DNA of 64,000 nucleotides from a virus: the IMG/VR virus record IMGVR_UViG_3300016667_000367, positions 1 to 64,000 of that record; one strand, written 5' to 3'. Each line of letters starts with the position of its first letter. Positions within the stretch are counted from its first letter, which is position 1. Below, piece by piece: positions 16,553 to 24,909 of this stretch. Position numbers and translations under genes: made by a program. The notes under the pieces were generated by a model. That model saw only the letters and a list, made by a program, of their open reading frames with translations. It made no database searches and was not told where the DNA came from.

Positions 16553-16776
16553 TACTTAGCCTTCTTTTCAATTCGTTCAAGTTTGTTAGCTGCACTAAGG
16601 AGAGCAAATGCTAACTTCTTAGCTCTCTTGCTATCAAGATAGGTTGTAGTCACATCACCACTAAGCTCTACTTCAACTTCCTTTAGGGCTTTATTCTGCA
16701 GAAGAACACCGAAGTCCTTGCAAGCTAGAGTCCTGAGTTGGATGAAGTTATAGCTACCAGTTACTTGCTTTTTCAT
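16552..16776 (-). CDS. hypothetical protein (74 aa)
   Basis: ORF track. Confidence 0.45.
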   Translation of the reverse strand: MKKQVTGSYNFIQLRTLACKDFGVLLQNKALKEVEVELSGDVTTTYLDSKRAKKLAFALLSAANKLERIEKKAK

Positions 16777-16778
16777 GA

Positions 16779-16961
16779 TCAGATGCTTTCAAAGAACTTG
16801 ACAATGTACTTACTAACTTCCTTTTTACTAGCTTCAATGCAGTAATAACCAGAAGTTGACTTGATATAGACTTTACTCTTACCTTGAGGAAGTTCGTCAG
16901 TAATCTGCTGAACTTGATTGGAAGTAAGAAGTTCTTTTCTAGTAAGTTTGTGAGAATTCAT
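16779..16961 (-). CDS. hypothetical protein (60 aa)
   Basis: ORF track. Confidence 0.4.
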   Translation of the reverse strand: MNSHKLTRKELLTSNQVQQITDELPQGKSKVYIKSTSGYYCIEASKKEVSKYIVKFFESI

Positions 16962-17212
16962 TGCAGCACCTCGATTACATTGCAGTTATCAACAGCAAGG
17001 CAGGAGTCCTTGAAGTAAGCTATACCTGCTCGGAAAGGAAGGATAAGATCTTCTTCGATCTGAATCCTGTACTCCGTCTTCCAACCGTACTTAGTCCTCT
17101 TCTCAATAATAGTGCCTTGGATCTGGTACTCACCAAGGTAAAGAGCCTTGACTCTTTGACCTTCTTCAAGACGGATACTTTGCAGTTCGTTGAGCTTGCT
17201 GATGGAGTTCAT
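16958..17212 (-). CDS. hypothetical protein (start moved to MNSISK ATG; the upstream extension overlaps the promoter motif)
   Basis: ORF track 16958..17335, trimmed. Confidence 0.4.
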   Translation of the reverse strand: MNSISKLNELQSIRLEEGQRVKALYLGEYQIQGTIIEKRTKYGWKTEYRIQIEEDLILPFRAGIAYFKDSCLAVDNCNVIEVLQ

Positions 17213-17229
17213 TTTTGACCTCTGTTTGA

Positions 17230-17256
17230 ATGACTTAAGTATATCAGAAATTCTTA
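17230..17256 (-). promoter_or_regulatory. copy 3 of the recurring 28-bp motif
   Basis: tgacttaagtatatcagaaattcttaa. Confidence 0.4.
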
Positions 17257-17690
17257 AAAGAAATCTCAGGATGCCACCAAATAGCATGAACAGGCTTTGA
17301 CTTTGATTGGTCAAAAGTATCCACAATGCTGCCATCTATCAGTGAAGTTGCATGACCCTTGACATACACAACAAACCTACCCTTAGTAAGCTCGGAGACA
17401 ACTTTACCTAGACTCTTGCGCTCTTCCAGTTTTGTATTCCAGTACTTCGAAGTGTGATAATTCTCATATCCACTCTTAAAGATTACTGGCATAAAACCAA
17501 GTTCTTTCATTGCAGCAAATGTAGTAGGCATGAAAGTACCTTTGCCATGCTTCCTGCCATGCTTGTCAAGCAGAGCATGGATTTCATCATAGCTCTTACC
17601 AGTAACATTAGTCAAAGCACGAACTACGCAGTCATTGCTTTCACCAACCTTAGTTGCACCGCGAGAAACACAAGGGATTTTACGACTCAT
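17244..17690 (-). CDS. hypothetical protein (148 aa) with Cys...His...Asp arrangement; possible papain-like/CHAP-like peptidase (speculative)
   Basis: ESNDCVVRAL ... KGHATSLIDGSIVD. Confidence 0.4.
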   Translation of the reverse strand: MSRKIPCVSRGATKVGESNDCVVRALTNVTGKSYDEIHALLDKHGRKHGKGTFMPTTFAAMKELGFMPVIFKSGYENYHTSKYWNTKLEERKSLGKVVSELTKGRFVVYVKGHATSLIDGSIVDTFDQSKSKPVHAIWWHPEISFKNF

Positions 17691-17717
17691 GATTTCAAAC
17701 CTCAGCTTGTTTGGAAT

Positions 17718-17745
17718 GACTTAAGTATAGCACAAATTCTTAAGC
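17718..17745 (-). promoter_or_regulatory. copy 4 of the recurring 28-bp motif
   Basis: tgacttaagtatagcacaaattcttaag. Confidence 0.4.
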
Positions 17746-18299
17746 CTTTGCGAAGAACTTATGCCCTCCGATCACAGCTACTTTTTTCATGTCCTTACTC
17801 CACCTAGCTGTGATGTTTGTCGTAGTGTACCAGAGTACATTGCTGCTGAGAACAGGTTTGAACCTACCTTGCAGCATCTTTTCAGCAATCTCTGAGATGC
17901 TTGCAACGACCTCTCGCTCAGAAGGCTTTGCAAGTTTCTCTGCATTGACAAGAGGTTTACCTTCTGCTATGAAGGAGAACTGCTTGTTTTGCTTAATAAT
18001 TTTGCAGTACGTAGCAGGATATGCTTCATGCTTCTTCCTGTTCTCTATGACTGAAGCTACTGCCTTGATACCATGAGAACCTTCACCTCTAGCTTCATGA
18101 TATAAGGCAGCAGTCAGGCAGGTTTTCTCATTCTGATAGTCCTTCTGCTTCTTGTACTCCTGAGCTAGACTGTATTTGTCATACCTAGCTGAGATCTCTT
18201 GACTGTCAGCAGGTAACGGTTGGTTAGCTGCAAATAGTAATAAAGCAGAAGCTACCAGAGACATGGTTTTAGTCCTTATCTTCCTGCTTGATTTCTTCA
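17740..18299 (-). CDS. secreted cell-wall hydrolase, SleB/Hydrolase_2-like
   Basis: signal peptide MKKSSRKIRTKTMSLVASALLLFAANQ; CLTAALYHEARGEG...AVASVIENR motif; start trimmed from 18435. Confidence 0.5.
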
Positions 18300-18512
18300 T
18301 CTTGATTCTCTTCTTGCTTCTTCTTACCGAAGATCCTATCCCAATTACTTGCGTAGGAATCATAGTCCGCGCTCTTACGTGGAGCATGACCTTTACCACC
18401 TCGATTCTGAAAACTTGTAATTGCTGCTGGATCAAAATCAGACATATTATACCTCCTTCATAAAGTTAAAAACCTCCAAGGTTTCCCAAGGAGGTTATAT
18501 TATATCATATTG

Positions 18513-18806
18513 CTACATAGTTACTTGCACCAAGTACTTAGCGATGATTGCAGCCGTTAGTGTCAAGAGGAAGATGACGACAATGTAGTATACAGCCAAC
18601 ATCATTTCACGAAGGAAATTCCTAGCATCATTTGCAAATGAAAACATCTTAAAGAAAGTATTCTTAATCATACATCTCACCTCGTTTGTTTCTGCGATTC
18701 TCTGAGTAGTCACCTTTGCGCTTTTCCTTGCGCTTCTTGTCGTACTCATCATCGTACTCTCTGCGATTCTTACGGGTCTTTTCCTTAGTGTCTGAATAAC
18801 TGCCAT
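18513..18806 (-). CDS. small basic protein with C-terminal TM anchor
   Basis: ORF track. Confidence 0.4.
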   Translation of the reverse strand: MAVIQTLRKRPVRIAESTMMSTTRSARKSAKVTTQRIAETNEVRCMIKNTFFKMFSFANDARNFLREMMLAVYYIVVIFLLTLTAAIIAKYLVQVTM

Positions 18807-18812
18807 GCATGA

Positions 18813-19181
18813 TTAGCTTTCCGTTTCCTTTTGCTCTTTCTCAATAACCTCAGAAGAGGCACCATATGCTTCCTGCAGCATAGTACGAATCCATGTATCG
18901 GGTTTCAGGCTAAGAGCAGGTGCTGTCTTTACGCTGTACTCCAAGTCATTAAAAGCACTATAGAAGGTTCGTGGCTTGTAGTGCTTTAGCTGAAATACAC
19001 CTAGACCTTCAATCTTTACTTTGTTATCGTCAATAACAGCATCCTGCATTACTTTAACGAAGTGCTTTAGGAAATCCTCAACTTCGTACTTGTGATAACC
19101 TGATGATTGACTAATTAGAGAAATCAATTCCTTTCGGTTAATTAGCTTCTTAACTTCTTTTGGTTCTTTGATTTCTTGCAT
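18813..19181 (-). CDS. hypothetical protein (122 aa)
   Basis: ORF track. Confidence 0.5.
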   Translation of the reverse strand: MQEIKEPKEVKKLINRKELISLISQSSGYHKYEVEDFLKHFVKVMQDAVIDDNKVKIEGLGVFQLKHYKPRTFYSAFNDLEYSVKTAPALSLKPDTWIRTMLQEAYGASSEVIEKEQKETES

Positions 19182-19182
19182 A

Positions 19183-19854
19183 TCAGTTATTTTCTTCCAA
19201 GCTAAAAATTTTAGAGATTACCTTTGCAATTTCAAGAGCTAGCTCACGATGCTCTTTTTGAGTACTTGCATCTGTACGAACTTCAATGTAATGAATCCAT
19301 GATCGAATTGTTCCATTGATGTACATACGACTTGCAATATTTCCTTCAGGTAGTACTGCTCGTGCTTGCTCCTTAGCAATGCCGTTAGTTACAGCCCAGG
19401 TGTAAGCATCCTTAGCAGCCTTAATCACCTGCTGTTGCTTCTCAACCCACAGTCGTTGTAGTTCCTTATGATCTTGATCTTCTGAAGTCAGGTCAATGCT
19501 ATTTTGTCGATTCTTTGTATCCTGAAGTCGAGCTTCACGGATCACAAACCCAAGATCCTTAGTTGGATCAGCATAGCGATTTGAGAACTCCTGAAAGCTG
19601 AAGCTACGATGACGCAGGAATTGACGTGCAATATCTCGTGTAGTCTCAACCTCAAGTGTAGCACTGCACATTTCCATTGGCGACCAGTGCTTATGCTTGA
19701 TAAGGTATTTAATTAACTTATCTGCTGTTTCATTATTAAACTGATTGCTTGGATTAGATACACGTGAGCAGTACGCAATTAGTTCTTTTGCATTGCTAAA
19801 ATGCTCTGCAAATTCTTCTGATGGTTGTGTGTAACCGACTAGATTTACTTTCAT
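19183..19854 (-). CDS. thyX: flavin-dependent thymidylate synthase ThyX
   Basis: ThyX signature RHRSFSFQEFSNRY. Confidence 0.8.
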   Translation of the reverse strand: MKVNLVGYTQPSEEFAEHFSNAKELIAYCSRVSNPSNQFNNETADKLIKYLIKHKHWSPMEMCSATLEVETTRDIARQFLRHRSFSFQEFSNRYADPTKDLGFVIREARLQDTKNRQNSIDLTSEDQDHKELQRLWVEKQQQVIKAAKDAYTWAVTNGIAKEQARAVLPEGNIASRMYINGTIRSWIHYIEVRTDASTQKEHRELALEIAKVISKIFSLEENN

Positions 19855-19863
19855 GATTTCCTT

Positions 19864-20067
19864 TTATTTAACGATCTTGATTAGGCATTGCTTATAAATC
19901 TCAGGCTGAATGAATATAACTTCATTATTAACAGTAATCTGCATGAATGCCTGATCATTATTTTTAAGTGCTTTTGCAACTACGTAATAGATTTGATCTT
20001 CATCTTCCGTAATCTCATCAGAGCAAATACTCCAGCTTAGGTCAGGTTTATAGAATAGAAGTTTCAT
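19864..20067 (-). CDS. hypothetical protein (67 aa)
   Basis: ORF track. Confidence 0.45.
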   Translation of the reverse strand: MKLLFYKPDLSWSICSDEITEDEDQIYYVVAKALKNNDQAFMQITVNNEVIFIQPEIYKQCLIKIVK

Positions 20068-20484
20068 TTAGATTTGCTTTACTAGCACTCCATTGTTTAT
20101 AAGATATTCAACACCTGATAGATCACGATAGGTGTTCCTGTAGTATACAGCAGAAATTCCTGAATCCTTGATCCTTAGACTGCACATTTTGCAAGGAGCA
20201 TGACTTACTAGCATGACAGCACCATCCGAAGATTCGGTGGATCTGATTAGTTTATCAAGTGCTGCTTGCTCTGCGTGTCTAACGAACCACTGAGTATTAC
20301 CATCTGAATCTTCGCAGATGTTTGTACTCCATCCGGGGTATGTCCCATTGACACCTAGAGAGATTATAGCGCCATTCTTTACGATACTAGCACCAACCTT
20401 CAGTCTAGTTGCTTCAGAAGTCATACCGAACCTCTCGGTCATATCCATGAAAGCAAGAAGATATTTATCCTTCATACCAACCAC
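20068..20484 (-). CDS. dCMP (deoxycytidylate) deaminase
   Basis: HAEQAA ... SHAPCKMC zinc-binding motifs (H-x-E, PCxxC). Confidence 0.7.
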   Translation of the reverse strand: MVGMKDKYLLAFMDMTERFGMTSEATRLKVGASIVKNGAIISLGVNGTYPGWSTNICEDSDGNTQWFVRHAEQAALDKLIRSTESSDGAVMLVSHAPCKMCSLRIKDSGISAVYYRNTYRDLSGVEYLINNGVLVKQI

Positions 20485-20810
20485 TCCTTGAAACCTTCTT
20501 CAGTACTGAAGATAACCTTCTTGACACCTGACAGTTTAATTGCAAGCTGACAGCTAGGGCAAGGGAAAGCAATCCTTGGTTCACCTTGACTACCGTATCT
20601 TTCGATCTTTAAAGTATGAATCTTCTTACCCTTAGCTTTTAGCAGGCAATCAACCTCTGAGTGTAGATATATCCTTTCCTCGGACATACCTGCTTTTATA
20701 CTCAATTCCTTCTGCCATGTATTTGACTTTGAGTAGGAATTACCACCCCTTGAGATGACATTTCCTTTCTTGTCGTAAGCAGTACTTAGAATATTAACTT
20801 TGCGAGTCAT
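20472..20810 (-). CDS. second CDA-fold deaminase-like protein (HSEVDC ... PCPSC)
   Basis: H-x-E and PCxxC motifs in a 112-aa protein. Confidence 0.5.
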   Translation of the reverse strand: MTRKVNILSTAYDKKGNVISRGGNSYSKSNTWQKELSIKAGMSEERIYLHSEVDCLLKAKGKKIHTLKIERYGSQGEPRIAFPCPSCQLAIKLSGVKKVIFSTEEGFKEWLV

Positions 20811-21132
20811 CCTTTGAGTTCAACAATTGATATCGTTCTTTAATTAGACTCTTCTGATTCTCAAGACGAGAAATCAAATAGTCAATCTCTGAAATCTCAA
20901 GGAAACTCTTTTGCTCAACCAAAGCAAAGATAAGTTCATGAGCTTCATCGTAGTCAAGGCAAATGTAGTTGTCCTGATTCGTTGAGCTATAGCTCGGGAA
21001 TTTAGCAATGAATCCATTACCTGTATTCTCAAACTTAAGCAGGACTTCACCTTTTACCATTGAATTCCAGCAACCTTCTCCGTTAGCAGTAACCTTTGTT
21101 ATATCGCCTTTTACTTTGACTTTATAGTTCAT
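20794..21132 (-). CDS. hypothetical protein (112 aa)
   Basis: ORF track. Confidence 0.5.
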   Translation of the reverse strand: MNYKVKVKGDITKVTANGEGCWNSMVKGEVLLKFENTGNGFIAKFPSYSSTNQDNYICLDYDEAHELIFALVEQKSFLEISEIDYLISRLENQKSLIKERYQLLNSKDDSQS

Positions 21133-21141
21133 GATAAATCC

Positions 21142-21634
21142 TTAACGCATTTTCTTGAGTTTATTCTGAATGCCTTGCAGTTTCTTGTACTGCTTCTCAA
21201 AGACTCGTAAGTCAGTCTTCATGCAATTCATCTTTTCAAATTCATAGTAAGTGCTAGGATTATCAGGATCGCACTGATTCCACAAATCACCAATGTACTG
21301 CTTCATACCACCTCGTGCTTCCGCTGCTGAGTTAAGCTGATCACGAAGGATCATAACTAGGAATTGAATCTCTTGCTTAGTCAATTGGTTTTCAGCAAAT
21401 TCCTGCATGGTGTTTTCTTTCATAAGTTTAAATTTGTTAAGTGAATTACGAATAACTTCGTAGATTTTTGATGTGCTTACTGCACTTGATGATAGCAAAG
21501 CAGCCTCTTGAGTTGACTTACCTAAGCACACTGCTTCAGCTTTGCACCAAGCAGCATAAGCAATCAGTGCATCATGCTCCGACAGATTAAGTTTTGCTGC
21601 AAATCTCTCAAACTCTTTTTTATGCAATGAATTC
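21142..21634 (-). CDS. hypothetical protein (start at MNSLHKKEF; track start at 21684 lies inside the tandem repeat)
   Basis: TAATG overlap with upstream gene stop. Confidence 0.45.
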
Positions 21635-21635
21635 A

Positions 21636-21971
21636 TTAATAGTCCTCGCATCTGCATTGAGCATAGTAGTCCTCGCATCTGCATTGAGCATAGTAGTCAG
21701 CATCTGCTTGAGCATAGTAGTCATCATTTAACTCCTTTTCATCCTCAAGTTCTTTCTTGAGTTCCTTGAACAACTCCTTGAGGAATGAGTAATCATCAAA
21801 GTCCTCAGGCTTGAATCCAAGTTCTTCAGCGACTTCAGCATTGTACTCAAGGTTCTCAATCCAGAATTCCTCATCTTCAGGAGGCTCGTAGAAAGTACCC
21901 TTGACAGCAGGATAGTAATCCCACGTAACAGTGAAGTCCATGTCAAGAAGTTCAACTTTGCTGGTTCTCAT
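21636..21971 (-). CDS. acidic protein with C-terminal DYYAQCRCE tandem repeats
   Basis: ORF track; repeats encoded by the 27-bp tandem DNA repeat. Confidence 0.5.
   Translation of the reverse strand: MRTSKVELLDMDFTVTWDYYPAVKGTFYEPPEDEEFWIENLEYNAEVAEELGFKPEDFDDYSFLKELFKELKKELEDEKELNDDYYAQADADYYAQCRCEDYYAQCRCEDY
21641..21725. repeat. 27-bp tandem direct repeat, about three copies (agtcctcgcatctgcattgagcatagt ...)
   Basis: read directly. Confidence 0.6.
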
Positions 21972-22012
21972 GATTTACCTTTGGTTGTTGTAAGTGAAGT
22001 ATAGCACAGGTT

Positions 22013-22243
22013 TTACTGTTTGCTGGATATCTTAGATATGCACCTGTCAAGTAATTCCCATGCTTCGGTTCCTGACCATGTTTCATCGAAGGCTTCTTGA
22101 ACAATCTTACGGCAGCGTTCTTGCTCAATCTTAACTCCAGCTTGCCAGCCTTCCCATGCCCAGAAAGCCGGTGAACCTGCCTCGTATGGGTTGTCGGTGG
22201 TGATTTCTCCTTCGTTCCACCATGCGTTGAACTCTGGCGTCAT
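22013..22243 (-). CDS. hypothetical small protein (start at MTPEFNAWWNEGE)
   Basis: ORF track trimmed; ATGA overlap with upstream stop. Confidence 0.4.
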   Translation of the reverse strand: MTPEFNAWWNEGEITTDNPYEAGSPAFWAWEGWQAGVKIEQERCRKIVQEAFDETWSGTEAWELLDRCISKISSKQ

Positions 22244-22458
22244 TTGTCGCCCCTTGCTTGGATTGCCTCTACGGCGTACTTCAACCAGCCTTCCGGCCCG
22301 CTGGGCCAGTAGTAGCTGGCCTCGCACGCCTCGATGCAGCGTTTGCGCTCGGCAGCGGCGATCAGGGCGGCAAAGCGTAGAAGCATGTCGTCATTCAAAG
22401 ACCACCCGTCAAACATGCCTGCCTCCCTCGCCATGCGGATGATGTCGTCTCGGGTCAT
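22240..22458 (-). CDS. hypothetical protein (72 aa), GC-rich patch
   Basis: ORF track. Confidence 0.45.
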   Translation of the reverse strand: MTRDDIIRMAREAGMFDGWSLNDDMLLRFAALIAAAERKRCIEACEASYYWPSGPEGWLKYAVEAIQARGDK

Positions 22459-22994
22459 GTGTTCTCCTTGATGCCGTGAGCTGCCTCGATGGCGCGGGCA
22501 AAGTCTTTTGCATACAGCCAGCGAACGCGCAGGTTCTCCACTGTGTCGTGTGGGCAGCTACGCAGTGCGTCGCGCAGTTCCTCATCCGTCAGCGGCTGGC
22601 GAGGTGGCTGCGGGTGGGTGTAGAGCGGAACCTCCCTTCCAGTGCCAGCGTTATAGAACTCAAGCCCGCAGCGAACTCCACCATCATCAACATCCATCCA
22701 CGCCACCGGCTCAACCTGCTGCTCGGCCTCAAGGGCTTGGCGTAGGGTGCCGATAGCGTCATATCCTTTGACGACTCCATCAGCAACACCCTTCAAGCGA
22801 AGCTGCATAGCGTTCAGTAAGCGGAACCTTTCTTCTGCGGAGCCTGGAAGCATGTCTCTGAACTCTTTAACGTATGCTCCGGCCCAAGTCTCTCCATACT
22901 TCTCAGCGTGCTCGCGCATCTGTATCAATCCAGTACGCAACAGCTCCAGCGCCTCCAGCGCCTGCTGTGCGGCTTGTATCAGTTTGTCGCTCAT
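22455..22994 (-). CDS. hypothetical protein (179 aa), founding member of a local paralog family (QAAQQALEALE ... FARAIEAAHGI)
   Basis: ORF track; GC about 60%. Confidence 0.5.
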   Translation of the reverse strand: MSDKLIQAAQQALEALELLRTGLIQMREHAEKYGETWAGAYVKEFRDMLPGSAEERFRLLNAMQLRLKGVADGVVKGYDAIGTLRQALEAEQQVEPVAWMDVDDGGVRCGLEFYNAGTGREVPLYTHPQPPRQPLTDEELRDALRSCPHDTVENLRVRWLYAKDFARAIEAAHGIKENT

Positions 22995-23036
22995 AGTCTG
23001 CTCCTGTGTGTTAGTGTCTATGCAGTTATTATAGCA

Positions 23037-23234
23037 TCACTTGACGGTGCCTACATAGTGCGCAGCCATATACAAGTCTGGCACTGTGTCTGCAGTGTTC
23101 CAACGCAGGTTGTAGTTGCGAGCATAGTTCCGGGCTTCGGCCTCGGTTGCGAAGTAAAGCACTTCGTCTACCTTCTGTCCCCAACCTGCTTCGCTTTCGA
23201 TGATCTCTACCTTGTGCAGTCCGATCTGTGTCAT
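23037..23234 (-). CDS. hypothetical protein (65 aa)
   Basis: ORF track. Confidence 0.45.
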   Translation of the reverse strand: MTQIGLHKVEIIESEAGWGQKVDEVLYFATEAEARNYARNYNLRWNTADTVPDLYMAAHYVGTVK

Positions 23235-23246
23235 TGTGTGCTCCTG

Positions 23247-23585
23247 TTAACTGATACCGTGGGCACGCTCAATGGCGCGGGCGAAGTCAACAAAAGACCC
23301 GCTTTTCCTATCTACAGCAAAAATTATTGACCGAATTTCTACTTCAGACAGTGGATTTCTCTGCGTTACTAATGCCTTAGCAGCTTCCTGCGCTTGAAAC
23401 AATGCGCTGGTTAGCGCCTTCACCTGTGCTTGGCACGCTTGCAACGGCGTTGGCTCTGGCGGCTTCAGATTGCCTTCAGAATCGAAGCGTTCCGGCTGGC
23501 ATGTAGGGCATATCTGCCAATGCTCGCAGTTGCAATTCCTCATTTGTGCTCCTTGCTTGTTACGTTGTGCTTTGCGGCCATCCAC
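23247..23585 (-). CDS. hypothetical protein (112 aa; GTG start), paralog (C-terminal FARAIERAHGIS)
   Basis: ORF track. Confidence 0.45.
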   Translation of the reverse strand: MDGRKAQRNKQGAQMRNCNCEHWQICPTCQPERFDSEGNLKPPEPTPLQACQAQVKALTSALFQAQEAAKALVTQRNPLSEVEIRSIIFAVDRKSGSFVDFARAIERAHGIS

Positions 23586-23982
23586 GCCCCTAAACCAAGC
23601 GTGTATTGGTTGACGTATTGGTCATATGTAGTATCTGATGGGGTCGGAATTTCTCTGACAATATCGCCATCACCAATGAACCACGCATCGAACCATGTCT
23701 TAAATGCCGCAAATTCTTCGCTGACATTCAGCGGCTGCTGCGCTGGTTGATGCGGTCGTTCATATAGCGCAACCGCGCCTTCGTCGGTTTCGGCGCAATC
23801 AGTCCAGCCAAACGGTTCAGCTTTGAAATAGCCAAACGGCTCATCCTGCTGCTCTGCCTCAAGGGTTTGGCGCAGGGCGGTGATGGCTTTCTCGCATTTG
23901 CGCTCAACAAGGCTTGGGCAAATTCAATGGCTTGCTCCAGAGCCTTAATCGCCTGCTGGGCGGCTTGTCGTAGTGTTACCAC
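23586..23982 (-). pseudogene. frameshifted and internally deleted paralog of 22455..22994 (N-terminus in one frame from GTG 23982, C-terminal LEAEQQDEP...YERPHQPAQQPL in the -1 frame)
   Basis: two-frame hand translation; DNA similarity to 22690..22750. Confidence 0.4.
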
Positions 23983-24104
23983 AATGCATCCTCCATTTCA
24001 TTACGTCGCTGTTCTTGCATCTTCTTGAGTAGCTTCTGCATCTCAGCAGGAGTCAACTGCTTGAATGGGTTGGTTGGCCAACCTTGAGTGTACGGATACT
24101 TCAT
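23976..24104 (-). CDS. small protein (42 aa), first gene of the minus early block
   Basis: RBS aaaggagta then ATG. Confidence 0.35.
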   Translation of the reverse strand: MKYPYTQGWPTNPFKQLTPAEMQKLLKKMQEQRRNEMEDALW

Positions 24105-24131
24105 GAGTACTCCTTTGTTGAAAGTGCTTTT

Positions 24132-24161
24132 ATCTTAGCACAAGACAAGAGCAGCTTGCAA
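24132..24161 (-). promoter_or_regulatory. sigma70-like promoter TTGCAA-18-TAAGAT for the minus early block
   Basis: read on minus strand; divergent from the plus block. Confidence 0.35.
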
Positions 24162-24732
24162 CAGATTTTTGAACTTTTTTTTTTCTTACCAGCACCGCTT
24201 GCTTTCCTACTTGGACTTGTGCTAGACTGCAGTCATGCAGAAAAACCTCATGGGTTTCATGCAAGCTAGGCTGCAGCGGAGGTTGTGGTACACAAGGGGT
24301 TCACCAAGTCTCCCCTGCTTGCATCCATGAGGCAACCTCGGTGCGCTCATTACGGGGAACTGCCGGTACATATGTCCAGAAGGTGCCAACGAGGCATCAA
24401 TATGGATTCCCTATAGCCGAAGAGGCTTGAAGGATGGCAAGATCAAGCATAAAGCTGTTCAGTCAGTAGTTGCTTGACCCTATCCGGAGAGTTAGATTAG
24501 GGACACTCTGCGTAGTCGAAGCGATTCGAGGGTCAGTTTGAGTGCTATGCTTACTAAGGGATAGGGTTAGTCCGTCCTTTGAGTAAGAGCATATCACTCA
24601 CGAATCTCAGCTCATCTCAGGTCAGTACTAGGAAATATAAGTAAACTATAGGTACTAAGTAATAATAGAAATAAGTAATGAATAAGAGTAAGTAACTATG
24701 CTAAAGTAACTTAACTCAACTAAGGAGGTAGT

Positions 24733-24909
24733 ATGTTCAATCAGAGTATGGATGATGTCTTTGCATGGAAGGATGGAAGTTGGATTTACAGATATGAATA
24801 CTACGAACTACCTGAGTTCAAAGGGGAAGATCACATGAACTTTATAGTTATCTTTAAGGAAGATAAGGAAAGCTACAAAGCATTTTGGAATGAGGTTAAA
24901 CTAAAATGA
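24733..24909 (+). CDS. small protein (58 aa), degenerate paralog of the zinc-ribbon fragment at 28974..29138
   Basis: RBS taaggaggt; DVFAWKDGSWIYRYE vs DVFVWPDGSWCYRCE. Confidence 0.45.
   Translation: MFNQSMDDVFAWKDGSWIYRYEYYELPEFKGEDHMNFIVIFKEDKESYKAFWNEVKLK

Noticed and set aside
21641-21725. Possible CRISPR array
   Set aside because: Only about 3 directly abutting 27-bp units with no spacers; it is a coding tandem repeat.
24176-24186. 11-nt T homopolymer in the divergent promoter region as a slippage/phase-variation tract
   Set aside because: Intergenic and not within a coding frame; more likely an A/T-rich UP-element-like spacer.
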